From an uncultured Vampirovibrio sp. (GTDB lineage Bacteria > Cyanobacteriota > Vampirovibrionia > Gastranaerophilales > Gastranaerophilaceae), in assembly GCA_964643455.1 (NCBI GenBank), contig CAZXQM010000001.1, positions 1 to 42,642 of the forward strand: a stretch of 42,642 nucleotides of DNA, in the 5' to 3' direction. The notes under the pieces are model-generated. The model worked only from the letters and a program-made list of their open reading frames with translations. It was not told the DNA's origin and searched no databases. How positions within the stretch are numbered: position 1 is the stretch's first letter; each line of letters opens with the position of its first letter. Of the stretch, positions 10,716-19,720 are shown one piece after another. The translations under genes were made by a program, and so were the position numbers.

Positions 10716-11474
10716 TTATCTTACAGTAAAACCGCCGTCTACCAGCATTGCACTTCCATGAACAAAACTTGCATAAGGGCTGCAGAGCCAGAGTACCGCA
10801 TGCGCTATCTCAACCGGTTCACCAAGGCGTCCCGCCGGAATATCACGTACAAACATTTCTTCTAATTCAGGATTTCTTTTTAACAAATCTTTAGCCATCG
10901 GAGTTAAAATGGTGCCCGGAAGAACTGCATTAATTCTTATACCTTTTGATGCATAATCAATGCAGGCGGTTCTTGTTAATCCAATAACGGCGTGTTTGCA
11001 GGAAATATATGCTGCCTGACCTGGAAAACCGGTAATTCCTCCTTGTGAAGAGGTGTTAACAATACAGCCACCGCCTTTTTGGGTTAGCATATGCTCAATT
11101 TCATATTTCATGCAATTCCATACGCCTTTTAAATCTACTGCGACCGTTTTATCAAATTCTTCATAGCTTATTTCTGCCATAGGTTTTTGAGGTGTTTGTA
11201 CGCCTGCATTATTGAATGCGCAATCAATATGTCCATAGGTTTCAACAATATATTGAACCATTTTTTGCACCTGATTCTCATCACTGACATCGCATTTATA
11301 CTGAATAGCTTTAAAGCCCGAATCTGTAAGTTCTTTTACCTGTTCACTCATCTCGAGAACGTCTGCTAAAACAACTGTTGCTCCGGCTTTTGCAAATTCC
11401 TGTGCTGTTGCAAGCCCTATGCCTTGTGCTGCTCCGGTTACCAGAGCTACTTTATCATTAAAAACATCTTTCAT
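10716..11474 (-). CDS. Short-chain dehydrogenase/reductase
   Basis: TGAAQGIG, NNAG, YISCK catalytic YxxxK, VDGG. Confidence 0.95.
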   Translation of the reverse strand: MKDVFNDKVALVTGAAQGIGLATAQEFAKAGATVVLADVLEMSEQVKELTDSGFKAIQYKCDVSDENQVQKMVQYIVETYGHIDCAFNNAGVQTPQKPMAEISYEEFDKTVAVDLKGVWNCMKYEIEHMLTQKGGGCIVNTSSQGGITGFPGQAAYISCKHAVIGLTRTACIDYASKGIRINAVLPGTILTPMAKDLLKRNPELEEMFVRDIPAGRLGEPVEIAHAVLWLCSPYASFVHGSAMLVDGGFTVR

Positions 11475-11491
11475 ACTCTGTCCTTTCTTCT

Positions 11492-12481
11492 CTAAACTGT
11501 TACAAGTTTGTAAGGATTTATTCTTACTAATAAATCAATATCTTTTTTGCTTATTCCGCCTGTTATTAAAGTATTTATACATTTAAACATGCCGTCAATT
11601 GGATTAGGCATTGCAGGTTGTCCTAAATCAGTAGTAATAAAACTTCTCTCCGGATTAATTTTTGCAAAATTAATAAATTCTTCTTCACTCATTCTTTCAT
11701 AAGCATTTAACCCTGTTCCCTCTCCCCAAAGGTTTGTAATATAGCTGTATTCTATGTATCCTCCCAAATCTATTACTTCTTTTATTTGCTCATGCGTCAT
11801 TTTCCAAATATAAGAATTTGCATGAGTTACAACAAATTTTTGGACCCCTATTTCTTTTGCCTTTTTTGCCATAATAATACTTTCTTCCGGAGAGGAGTGT
11901 CCTGTTGCAAAAATTATATTATTGTCGCGGCAAATCTCCATAACCTTTACAACTTCTGGCAGCACTTTGCCCATTTTATCTACAACCGGAATAGAAATGC
12001 CTTTTTGATTAAGAGTTTTCATCTGATAGCTTGCATTTTGAGTCGGCATCCAGATGCAGCGACAGAAATTTCCTGTAGTTGTTATTGCTTTTTGGGCAGC
12101 TTTAACATTAACTTTGTCTCCTACAACATCATTCATGCAAAGACTGCCATACACTTCAAAGTCCGGAAGTACTTCTCTAATCAGATATGCCCTGTCATGG
12201 CAGCTCCAGTCATTTGATTTAAACATAATTGACTTATATCCGGCTTCTTTTGCCTGTTTTGCGAAAACAAGCTCATTAATCAGCCTGTCTTTAGTATCAG
12301 GTGCTGCGTGTATATGGATATCGCTGACATTTTTAAGAATTTTAGGATATTTTTTGCTGCTTATATTTTCTGCAGCAATTGATTGGTTTTGGGGAATAAT
12401 ACCTGAAATAGCTGCAAGACTCCCAGCCATTATTGAAGTTTTAATAAAATCTCTTCTGGTAAAATTTCTGTCAGTTGTCAT
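11492..12481 (-). CDS. DUF6282-like amidohydrolase-fold metalloprotein with Tat signal
   Basis: TRRDFIK signal; DIHIHAAPD, IWMPT, ATGH, VTHA, TDLGQ metal-ligand pattern. Confidence 0.75.
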   Translation of the reverse strand: MTTDRNFTRRDFIKTSIMAGSLAAISGIIPQNQSIAAENISSKKYPKILKNVSDIHIHAAPDTKDRLINELVFAKQAKEAGYKSIMFKSNDWSCHDRAYLIREVLPDFEVYGSLCMNDVVGDKVNVKAAQKAITTTGNFCRCIWMPTQNASYQMKTLNQKGISIPVVDKMGKVLPEVVKVMEICRDNNIIFATGHSSPEESIIMAKKAKEIGVQKFVVTHANSYIWKMTHEQIKEVIDLGGYIEYSYITNLWGEGTGLNAYERMSEEEFINFAKINPERSFITTDLGQPAMPNPIDGMFKCINTLITGGISKKDIDLLVRINPYKLVTV

Positions 12482-12557
12482 CAATTATTCCTTTAAAATA
12501 ATTATATTTTATTGTTTTTATAAATAGCAAATACCTATGTCGGATAGCTGGATATGC

Positions 12558-12586
12558 TTGACTTGTATACCAGAAGAATATAATAT
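12558..12586 (+). promoter_or_regulatory. lysR promoter overlapping a LysR T-N11-A box
   Basis: TTGACT 12558-63, TATAAT 12579-84 (or TAATAT 12581-86 at 17-bp spacing); ATA-N9-TAT at 12567-12581 in the divergent intergenic region. Confidence 0.5.
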
Positions 12587-12592
12587 ACTTTT

Positions 12593-13483
12593 ATGGATGT
12601 AAGGGTTTTAAAATATTTTGTAACAGTTGCGAATCAAGGAAGTATAACTGCGGCTGCCAATGTTTTACATTTAACCCAGCCGACTTTATCAAGACAAATT
12701 AAGGATTTGGAAAACGAACTCGGGCAGCAATTGTTGATACGTACAAATCATAATATTATCCTGACTCCGGAAGGAATGATTTTAAAAAAGAGAGCTGAGG
12801 AGGTTATTGAGCTTCTGGATAAAGCTAAAAATGAGATTAGGAGCGTAAAAGATAATATTGTCGGGGAAATTTTTATAGGCAGCGGTGAAACCGATGTTCT
12901 AAGGTATGTTGGTGATATTATAAACGAAATACGAAAAGATTATCCTCAAATAATTTTTCATATTTACAGCGGTAATCTGGAAGATGTAACAGAGAAACTT
13001 GACAGAGGACTTCTAGATTTTGGCATAATAATGTCACCTTCTGATTCTTTAAAGTATGACAAGATTTCTCTTCCAGATAAAGATATATGGGGGGTGGTGA
13101 TGAAAAAAGATTCTCCTCTTGCTTCCAAGAAATTTGTAACTCTTGAAGATTTGGAAGAAGTTCCCTTGATTTTGGCCAGAAAAGTTTTTAGAACGTATTC
13201 ACAAAATAACGAGTTCTATAAATGGTTTAACGAAAAGCGGGACAAATTAGAAATAGCGGCAACTCATAACCTGTTTTATAATGCTGCGGTAATGGCTGAA
13301 AGGGGAGTTGGTTATGTGCTGACATTGAATAATCTCACAAATACTTCAAAGACAAGCAAACTGTGTTTCAGACCTCTTGAGCCCGCCTTAAAAGCCGGCT
13401 GGGATGTTGTATGGAAAAAAAATCAGGTTTTCTCTCCGGCAGCTAGACTATTTTTGGAGAAACTAAAGAAAACTTGTAGTTAA
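12593..13483 (+). CDS. LysR-family transcriptional regulator
   Basis: MDVRVLKYF..GSITAAANVLHLTQPTLSRQIKDLE; 296 aa; divergent from the oxidoreductase cluster. Confidence 0.96.
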   Translation: MDVRVLKYFVTVANQGSITAAANVLHLTQPTLSRQIKDLENELGQQLLIRTNHNIILTPEGMILKKRAEEVIELLDKAKNEIRSVKDNIVGEIFIGSGETDVLRYVGDIINEIRKDYPQIIFHIYSGNLEDVTEKLDRGLLDFGIIMSPSDSLKYDKISLPDKDIWGVVMKKDSPLASKKFVTLEDLEEVPLILARKVFRTYSQNNEFYKWFNEKRDKLEIAATHNLFYNAAVMAERGVGYVLTLNNLTNTSKTSKLCFRPLEPALKAGWDVVWKKNQVFSPAARLFLEKLKKTCS

Positions 13484-13514
13484 GTAAGTTCATAACGTTG
13501 AGGCAGATGTTCTC

Positions 13515-14288
13515 TTATATATCCATACTTCCGCTGCGCAAGCCTTCAATATCAAGAGTAATATATTTGAATCCCAGCTCCTTGAGCCGAGCAGTTATGC
13601 TTTCTTTCATTTTTATGCAAAGCCCAAATTCTTCCGGCAAAATTTCTATTCTTGCAATGTCGCTGTGGCGGCGCAGTCTGAATGAAGAAAATCCAGTTTT
13701 TTTTAGAAACTTTTCTCCTTCATCTACAGATTTTATCAAATCTTCTGTAAGTTGAGTTCCATACGGGAATCTTGTTGCAAGGCAAGGGGTTGAGGGTTTG
13801 TCAAAAGTTTTTATACCGTTTTGTTTTGCAAACTCTCTGATTTCAATTTTTGTAATTCCTGATTCTGCAAGCGGTGAAATGATGTCAAGTTCTTTTAATG
13901 CTTTTAATCCGGGACGGTAAACCTTTAAGTCATCGGCATTTGTTCCGTCTATAATACATCTTGAACCAGCAAAATCTTTTAATTTTGAAAAAAATAGTTT
14001 TTTGCAATGATAACAGCGGTCTTTAGGGTTATTTCTTATAATTTCGTTTTCTAACGGGTGATATTCGATAATTTTCTGTGGAACTTCATACAAATTACAT
14101 AATTTAGTTGTTTCCAGAATCTCCTTTTCAGTTTGAAAGACGGATTTAAATGTAACAGCTGTGAGGTTTAAATCTTTGCATAAAAACAATAGAACAGTGC
14201 TGTCAATTCCTCCGGAGAAAGCCAAACATATTCCTCTAGTATCAAGGTTTTTCAGAATTTCTTTTAATTTGCTGAATTTTTCCTGCAT
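13515..14288 (-). CDS. larE: ATP-dependent sulfur transferase LarE (NPN biosynthesis)
   Basis: PP-loop FSGGIDS, RCYHCK, DGTNADD..RPG, PCLATRFPYG, GLRSGSM. Confidence 0.93.
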   Translation of the reverse strand: MQEKFSKLKEILKNLDTRGICLAFSGGIDSTVLLFLCKDLNLTAVTFKSVFQTEKEILETTKLCNLYEVPQKIIEYHPLENEIIRNNPKDRCYHCKKLFFSKLKDFAGSRCIIDGTNADDLKVYRPGLKALKELDIISPLAESGITKIEIREFAKQNGIKTFDKPSTPCLATRFPYGTQLTEDLIKSVDEGEKFLKKTGFSSFRLRRHSDIARIEILPEEFGLCIKMKESITARLKELGFKYITLDIEGLRSGSMDI

Positions 14289-14547
14289 AATTTTATAATA
14301 TGCTAAATTCTGTTAATAAGAAAGATACGAGTTTAATATTTTCTTAACATATACAAAAGCTTTATTAAAAATTAATAAAATCAAGAAAAATATTTAGTCC
14401 AAATAGTGTTAATTTTATCGTTTAACAAGTATACCTAACTGTCATTCATTTTTATTTTGTTAAGAAATATTAAGCCATTTTTATAATTATTAAGTTTTGT
14501 AAATGTAAATTTTAAAAGGCTGAAATTCAGGTGAGGTGCGCGCTTAC

Positions 14548-14577
14548 GTAGTAGTAGTAGTAGTAGTAGTAGTAGTA
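14548..14577 (+). repeat. (GTA)10 simple sequence repeat
   Basis: Ten perfect GTA units, 68 bp upstream of ATG 14646. Confidence 0.97.
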
Positions 14578-14645
14578 AATTTCTTTCCGCCGGAAAACTT
14601 TATATGAGTACGAAGAATTACACGAGGATATTTAAAGGAGAGATT

Positions 14646-16184
14646 ATGAGTATTGAGATTTCAAAAATTACAGATGCAGGACTAAATAGTATTGCAAAAA
14701 AAGTTGATCATAACAATGATCAAAAACTTTCAGGAGACGAGTATAGAATATTCGCACAAGAAGCAGCAAAAGAGGGATACGATTACAAAACAATAGGTGA
14801 AACTCTTGAAATGAATGCTCTTGAACGCTGGTGGTTTGATGTCGATAAAGTTTCAACAGACGGTAAAGATGATGGAAAACTTTCTTTTGGGGAATCAATG
14901 GAAAGTTTTGGAAAAGGACTGGCTGGAATAGTAAAAGGAGTTGCTAAACACCCTGTAGCAACCGCAGTGACAGTTGCTGCAGGCATAGGAGTTACAGTAT
15001 TAACAGGTGGCGCTGCTCTGCCGGTAATGGTAGCAGCAGGTGCAGCTCTCGGAGCAGGAACGATTGGTTATGGTGCCTACAAAGCAGCTACTGCAGAAAC
15101 TGATGCTGAAGCAAAACAAGCTTGGGAAACAATTGGTAACGGAACCTTTGCCCTTGCAGCATCTGTTGCTACTGCTAAACCTGCACTCAATGCAGCTTCA
15201 TCAGCAGGGGTTACGACTGCACAGGGAGCTAAAAATATGAATGCATTAGAGGCAACCGTACAGGCATTTAAATCAACACCTGAAGCATTGAAAATGAGTG
15301 CTTTGAATACTAAAGGTAATGTTCTTACATGGACAACGGGTACGGTGCATGCCCACTCCAATGCTCTGCAAGGGGCAGAATCTTATATGAGTAAAGCTAA
15401 TGATGTACAGGCATACAGATTTAACCCGAACGGAACTCCGGAAGAAATTCTGGCAAATAATCCGGGAGTATTCAGAGGGGCTGACGGTAAATATTACTTG
15501 CCTAACAAATGGAATCCAAGTGAGCCGTATTTAATTGATACTTCAAAAGAACAGATGATAATGCTCTATGGCGGAGATGATATGGCAGTATGTGACGGAG
15601 CAATATTTAAAGGCTCTTATGTAAATACATCTGAATTTAAAGCCAACGGTGCATTAAATTATCAAGATCCTTCTAAACTTCAATATGGTCAGGTAGTTGA
15701 GGTAACAAAACAAGCTCCGGGAGCATTCAAGGTAATGCCTGAAGGAACAAAGATTCAGACTCTTGAAGGTACAAGAACTGTTCAGTCGGGAGAAGTCGTT
15801 GCTCTTGACCATGCGGGTAACCCTTATGCAACAACACCTAAAAATGTTTTGAAACGCAATACCGGATTTAGTGTACAGGGTGAAAATACTTTAATATCTA
15901 TGGAACTTAAAGGTAATGCAAAGGCAGTTATAAACAACCCTAAAAATATTCCGGTTGTGGAGTCAAGAATTGATAAGTATCCTGAGTTGGTAAATAAGCT
16001 TTATGAATCAAAAATGCCTGACGGGTCTCAAAGATTTACTTTAGATGACATTAATACTTTATTATTAAATCTAGGAGAAAAAGAGCTGCAAAATCCGGCA
16101 AGAATATTTGAAGCAATTCAGCAAGCAGATAAATATGGATATGAAAAAGGAGCTTTTGGGGTTTGGAAATGTCTTTATTACTAA
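14646..16184 (+). CDS. Hypothetical modular protein (EF-hand-like N-terminus, Gly/Ala hydrophobic hairpin, PGDYG-like repeats)
   Basis: AAAGGAG SD before ATG 14646 (ORF track starts 14604); DHNNDQKLSGDE; GIGVTVLTGGAALPVMVAAGAALGAG; QTLEGTRTVQSGEVVALDHAGNPY. Confidence 0.8.
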   Translation: MSIEISKITDAGLNSIAKKVDHNNDQKLSGDEYRIFAQEAAKEGYDYKTIGETLEMNALERWWFDVDKVSTDGKDDGKLSFGESMESFGKGLAGIVKGVAKHPVATAVTVAAGIGVTVLTGGAALPVMVAAGAALGAGTIGYGAYKAATAETDAEAKQAWETIGNGTFALAASVATAKPALNAASSAGVTTAQGAKNMNALEATVQAFKSTPEALKMSALNTKGNVLTWTTGTVHAHSNALQGAESYMSKANDVQAYRFNPNGTPEEILANNPGVFRGADGKYYLPNKWNPSEPYLIDTSKEQMIMLYGGDDMAVCDGAIFKGSYVNTSEFKANGALNYQDPSKLQYGQVVEVTKQAPGAFKVMPEGTKIQTLEGTRTVQSGEVVALDHAGNPYATTPKNVLKRNTGFSVQGENTLISMELKGNAKAVINNPKNIPVVESRIDKYPELVNKLYESKMPDGSQRFTLDDINTLLLNLGEKELQNPARIFEAIQQADKYGYEKGAFGVWKCLYY

Positions 16185-16199
16185 ATTGTAATCAAAAAT

Positions 16200-16249
16200 A
16201 AAAGTAAAAATTTGTTCAATAAAGATTTATTGAACAAATTTTTACTTTT
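16200..16249. terminator. Perfect 24-bp inverted repeat between convergent genes (bidirectional terminator)
   Basis: AAAAGTAAAAATTTGTTCAATAAA-GA-TTTATTGAACAAATTTTTACTTTT. Confidence 0.8.
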
Positions 16250-16264
16250 TAAAATAATTGTTGA

Positions 16265-17167
16265 TTATTCTTTAACAGTTTTGTTATTTAATAAAATGCA
16301 AATAGCATACATAGCAATTCCGATAATGAGTAGACCTATTATATTTGCCGGTATTGAAGCCATATTGGTAAGTATTGAGGTTTTTGCCTGAAAAGCTTCG
16401 GCTGCTGTGTATATTTGACCCTGAACCTGCATTATAACGGAGTTATGAATATTTAATAAAGACCATTCAAGCCCGTCTGGTTTTTGTGAAGCGTATTGAG
16501 AAATAAATCCTGCAAGGATTACAGCTATTGAGACAAAACTGATTGATAATTTTTTAGTATCAACAAATCTTGCAGCCACAGCAATAACACCTGTTACAGC
16601 ACCCTCGATAATTCCGATTGGAAGATGAATTGCCTGCATTAAGCTTGCAAAATTTATTAATGAAGATGCTGGTATTGAACCGGAAAGCGCTCCTTCAAAA
16701 ACAACTGCAATTGAACCGAATTGAAGCGCTGCGATTGATGAGAGCAAAGCTCCTAAAAATGGTCTGTTAATTTTTGCAAGCGGTTTATATAAGAGAGGAT
16801 AGGCAACAAAGCAGGCAAGAGCGCCCATATTTATAATGTTGCATCCCAGAGCCAGTAATCCTCCGTCTGCGAAAAATAATGCCTGTACGAGTATAATAGC
16901 GCACATTGCTAAAAAAGCTGCAGCCGGACCCAGAAGTATTGCAAGCAGTATTGCACCTACTATATGACCGCTCGAACCTGTTTGAGGTATTGCGAAATTA
17001 ATCATTTGCAGAGCAAATACAAGCCCTGTAGCGGAAATTGTTTTAAAAACTTTTTCTTTTGAAAAATCTGTCTTTGCTTTTTTATAAGCAAAATAAGCTG
17101 CAATGCTTGCTGCTGCCAACATTGGAATCCCTGTTGCAGGACAGATAATACCGTTTCCTAAATGCAT
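16265..17167 (-). CDS. CbiM/NikMN-family ECF nickel/cobalt substrate component with PDGLE domain
   Basis: N-terminal MH, QMINFAIPQTGSSGH, QALFFADGGLLALG, IHLPIGIIEG, PDGLEW. Confidence 0.9.
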   Translation of the reverse strand: MHLGNGIICPATGIPMLAAASIAAYFAYKKAKTDFSKEKVFKTISATGLVFALQMINFAIPQTGSSGHIVGAILLAILLGPAAAFLAMCAIILVQALFFADGGLLALGCNIINMGALACFVAYPLLYKPLAKINRPFLGALLSSIAALQFGSIAVVFEGALSGSIPASSLINFASLMQAIHLPIGIIEGAVTGVIAVAARFVDTKKLSISFVSIAVILAGFISQYASQKPDGLEWSLLNIHNSVIMQVQGQIYTAAEAFQAKTSILTNMASIPANIIGLLIIGIAMYAICILLNNKTVKE

Positions 17168-17179
17168 AATGTTTCTCCT

Positions 17180-17974
17180 TTATTTTAATCTCATTACTCT
17201 TAATACAGGGTTTTTATATGGTCTTTTTCCTCTTCCGTATCCGACCTTTTCAATAATAATTTCTTCCGGAAGTCTTTCTCCCGTGTAAAGAGCTGCTGCA
17301 ATTGCGGCGCCGGTCGGAGTAATCATTTCACCATTGTTATCACTGATTTTTATAGGAATTTTATATTTAGAAACTATTTCACAAACAGCAGGAACCGGAA
17401 CAGAAAGAGTGCCGTGCTGGCATAGAACGCTTCCTGAACCTTCTGTAAGCGGTGAAAAATAAACTTTTTCCGGATTCAAATCATCAAATAAAACTGCAAA
17501 ACTTACGATATCGACGATAGAATCAATTGCGCCGATTTCATGAAAATGAACTTCTGTAATATCTTTGTTATGTACTTTGCTCTCGGCTTCCGCAACGATT
17601 TTAAAAATATTCTTTGCCAGCTCTTTTGCTCTTTCGGTAATCTCTGCTTTATCAATGATTTTATTAACATCTTCAAGGTTTCTGTGTTCGTGATGATGTT
17701 GTTCTTCTTCAAAGTGGTTATTATGTTGGTGTACATGTTCGTTATGGTTATGTCCATACCGGTGTTCGTGCTTATATTCAGGCAAGATTACGTCAAAATC
17801 TGTGGCAGAAATTGCATTAACCATTTGTTTGGATATTTTGTACTGAAATTCGTTATCCAGTTTCATTGAAGCCAGTGCTTGGGTAAGTTTTTCTTCATTT
17901 GCACCCAAATCCAGAAGAGCGCCGACTGACATATCACCTGATATTCCGGAATTACATTCAAAGTATAAATTCAT
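17180..17974 (-). CDS. larC: LarC nickel insertase, N-terminal (LarC1) part only
   Basis: SGISGDM, His-rich tract, AEAESKVH..VHFHEIGAIDSIVD, HGTLSVPVPA, EMITPTGAA; 264 aa, ends before the C-terminal domain. Confidence 0.9.
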   Translation of the reverse strand: MNLYFECNSGISGDMSVGALLDLGANEEKLTQALASMKLDNEFQYKISKQMVNAISATDFDVILPEYKHEHRYGHNHNEHVHQHNNHFEEEQHHHEHRNLEDVNKIIDKAEITERAKELAKNIFKIVAEAESKVHNKDITEVHFHEIGAIDSIVDIVSFAVLFDDLNPEKVYFSPLTEGSGSVLCQHGTLSVPVPAVCEIVSKYKIPIKISDNNGEMITPTGAAIAAALYTGERLPEEIIIEKVGYGRGKRPYKNPVLRVMRLK

Positions 17975-18651
17975 TATAGTTTCCTTTCTATCAACCTGTT
18001 TATTTGCCCTGCACTGTATCCGGCGTTAAATCCGTTATCAATATTTACAACTGTCATACCTTCTGCACAGGAATTTAACATTGTAAGAAGTGCGGAAAGT
18101 CCGTTGAAGCTTGTACCATAACCTACAGAAGTCGGTAGGGCTATGACCGGAATATCTACCATGCCGGCAAGTATTCCGCCTAAAGCTCCTTCCATACCTG
18201 CTGCCGCAATAATAACATTTGCTTTTTTTATATCATCAATTTTGTCAAATAGTCTGTGAATTCCCGCAATACCGATATCATAATATTTTTTAACATTGCT
18301 TCCGTAAAATTCCGCCGTTTCGGCAGCTTCTTCCGCCGCCGGAATATCTCCTGTTCCTCCGGTACAAATCGCTATTTCTCCTATTTTTTCCGGCTCTTTT
18401 TGAATAAGTTTGACTACCTTTGCTGTTTCATTGTAACTTATTAAATCTCCGAAATTTTCTTTTAAAGCATTGTATTTAGCTTTGTCAGCTCTGGTTCCTA
18501 AAACATTAGAGCCGGAATCTTTAAATGCCTGAAATATTTTTACAAGCTGCTCTTCTGTCTTGCATTCGCAAAAAACAGCTTCCGAGAAGCCTCTGCGTTT
18601 TGTTCTGTCTATATCAAGTTTTGCAAAATTAAGTTCTATATATTTGTCCAT
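17974..18651 (-). CDS. larB: LarB (PurE-like NaAD carboxylase/hydrolase)
   Basis: AKLDIDR..RRGFSEAVF, GTGDIP, DIGIAGIHRL, AGMEGAL, PTSVGYG, MLNSC, VVNIDNGF. Confidence 0.95.
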   Translation of the reverse strand: MDKYIELNFAKLDIDRTKRRGFSEAVFCECKTEEQLVKIFQAFKDSGSNVLGTRADKAKYNALKENFGDLISYNETAKVVKLIQKEPEKIGEIAICTGGTGDIPAAEEAAETAEFYGSNVKKYYDIGIAGIHRLFDKIDDIKKANVIIAAAGMEGALGGILAGMVDIPVIALPTSVGYGTSFNGLSALLTMLNSCAEGMTVVNIDNGFNAGYSAGQINRLIERKL

Positions 18652-18655
18652 AAAA

Positions 18656-19720
18656 TTATTTTATCTCATTAGAGTTACTCTTAGTCAAGTTGTTATCACG
18701 TTCATATTTTTGTTTTGTTGCAATTCTGTTTAAAAGCGCAACAGCTGCGGCTATCACCATTGTATTAATTGAAAAAGTTAAACCGTAAGCCCAGTTTTTT
18801 GATTTAAGAAGTTTTTTTTGTTCCGGCTGAGGAGCTTTGAGAATTTCTCTGTAAGATTTAATATTACCTTCATTGAATACATTGGTTTTAAATCTTTTAT
18901 CCATTGTATTATAAATAGGGTTTTGAATTAATTTTTCTCCAAAAAACAGAAGTGGTACGGTAACAGAAAAACGTCTTGCATTCTCCAATTTTTCGTACTT
19001 ATCTCTGCTTGCATAAAAATAGCCGGCTATGCTTACAGGATAGATTAAAGCTCCGTAGTGTGCAAGTTCTAAATCGCAATTTTTTGTAAAGTCCAAATGT
19101 TTTAAGGTTTTATCTAATACTGGTTCAAGTTTTTTATACATTTTTTTATTTTTTGCAAGTGTAAGAATTCCAAAAGTTACTGCAAGACCTGACAGAGCTG
19201 TGATACCAAGTGTTTTTAATAATTTAACAGCTTTATGTTCTGCTTGCTTTTTCTGTTTTATTTTCTGCTGTTTTTTTAGTCCGACAACTGATGTAAACTC
19301 TTTTTTCCCGCTGCCGGCGAGTGTCATAAGGTTTCTCATTGGTGCGATACTGAATACAAAAGGCAAAATAATACTGAAGGTAGAGGCAAGCTGTCCGAAT
19401 TTTCCGAGTTTAATTGATTTTTGCAATTCTCTGTCTGTAAGCTTATTTACTTCTTTCATTGGTTTAGAAAGTTCTTCTCTGGTAATTCCGGATTGTTTTG
19501 CAAAAAATCCTGAACCTGCCTTAGCTAGTGCCGGTGCCGAAAAATAAAAAAGTACTGATTCTGAAACTTCTGCAAAACTTATTTCTTTTGCTTCATCTCC
19601 GCTTCGGGAAAGTCCAAGCCTCGATATCAGGCAGCCGCCTGTATCCCTTGCAAACATTCCGATTGAAGAACTTGTCTCAAGACTTCTGAGAATATTAGTT
19701 GGAATAGATAAACTACACAT
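18656..19720 (-). CDS. Hypothetical membrane protein (lineage-specific)
   Basis: 354-aa ORF with several hydrophobic segments and basic loops, coupled to neighbours (8-bp overlap, 4-bp gap). Confidence 0.75.
   Translation of the reverse strand: MCSLSIPTNILRSLETSSSIGMFARDTGGCLISRLGLSRSGDEAKEISFAEVSESVLFYFSAPALAKAGSGFFAKQSGITREELSKPMKEVNKLTDRELQKSIKLGKFGQLASTFSIILPFVFSIAPMRNLMTLAGSGKKEFTSVVGLKKQQKIKQKKQAEHKAVKLLKTLGITALSGLAVTFGILTLAKNKKMYKKLEPVLDKTLKHLDFTKNCDLELAHYGALIYPVSIAGYFYASRDKYEKLENARRFSVTVPLLFFGEKLIQNPIYNTMDKRFKTNVFNEGNIKSYREILKAPQPEQKKLLKSKNWAYGLTFSINTMVIAAAVALLNRIATKQKYERDNNLTKSNSNEIK

Noticed and set aside
17168..17200. Programmed frameshift into a larC2 ORF
   Set aside because: Only 12 bp separate the larC stop from the NikMN start, which has its own SD; no LarC2-like sequence follows
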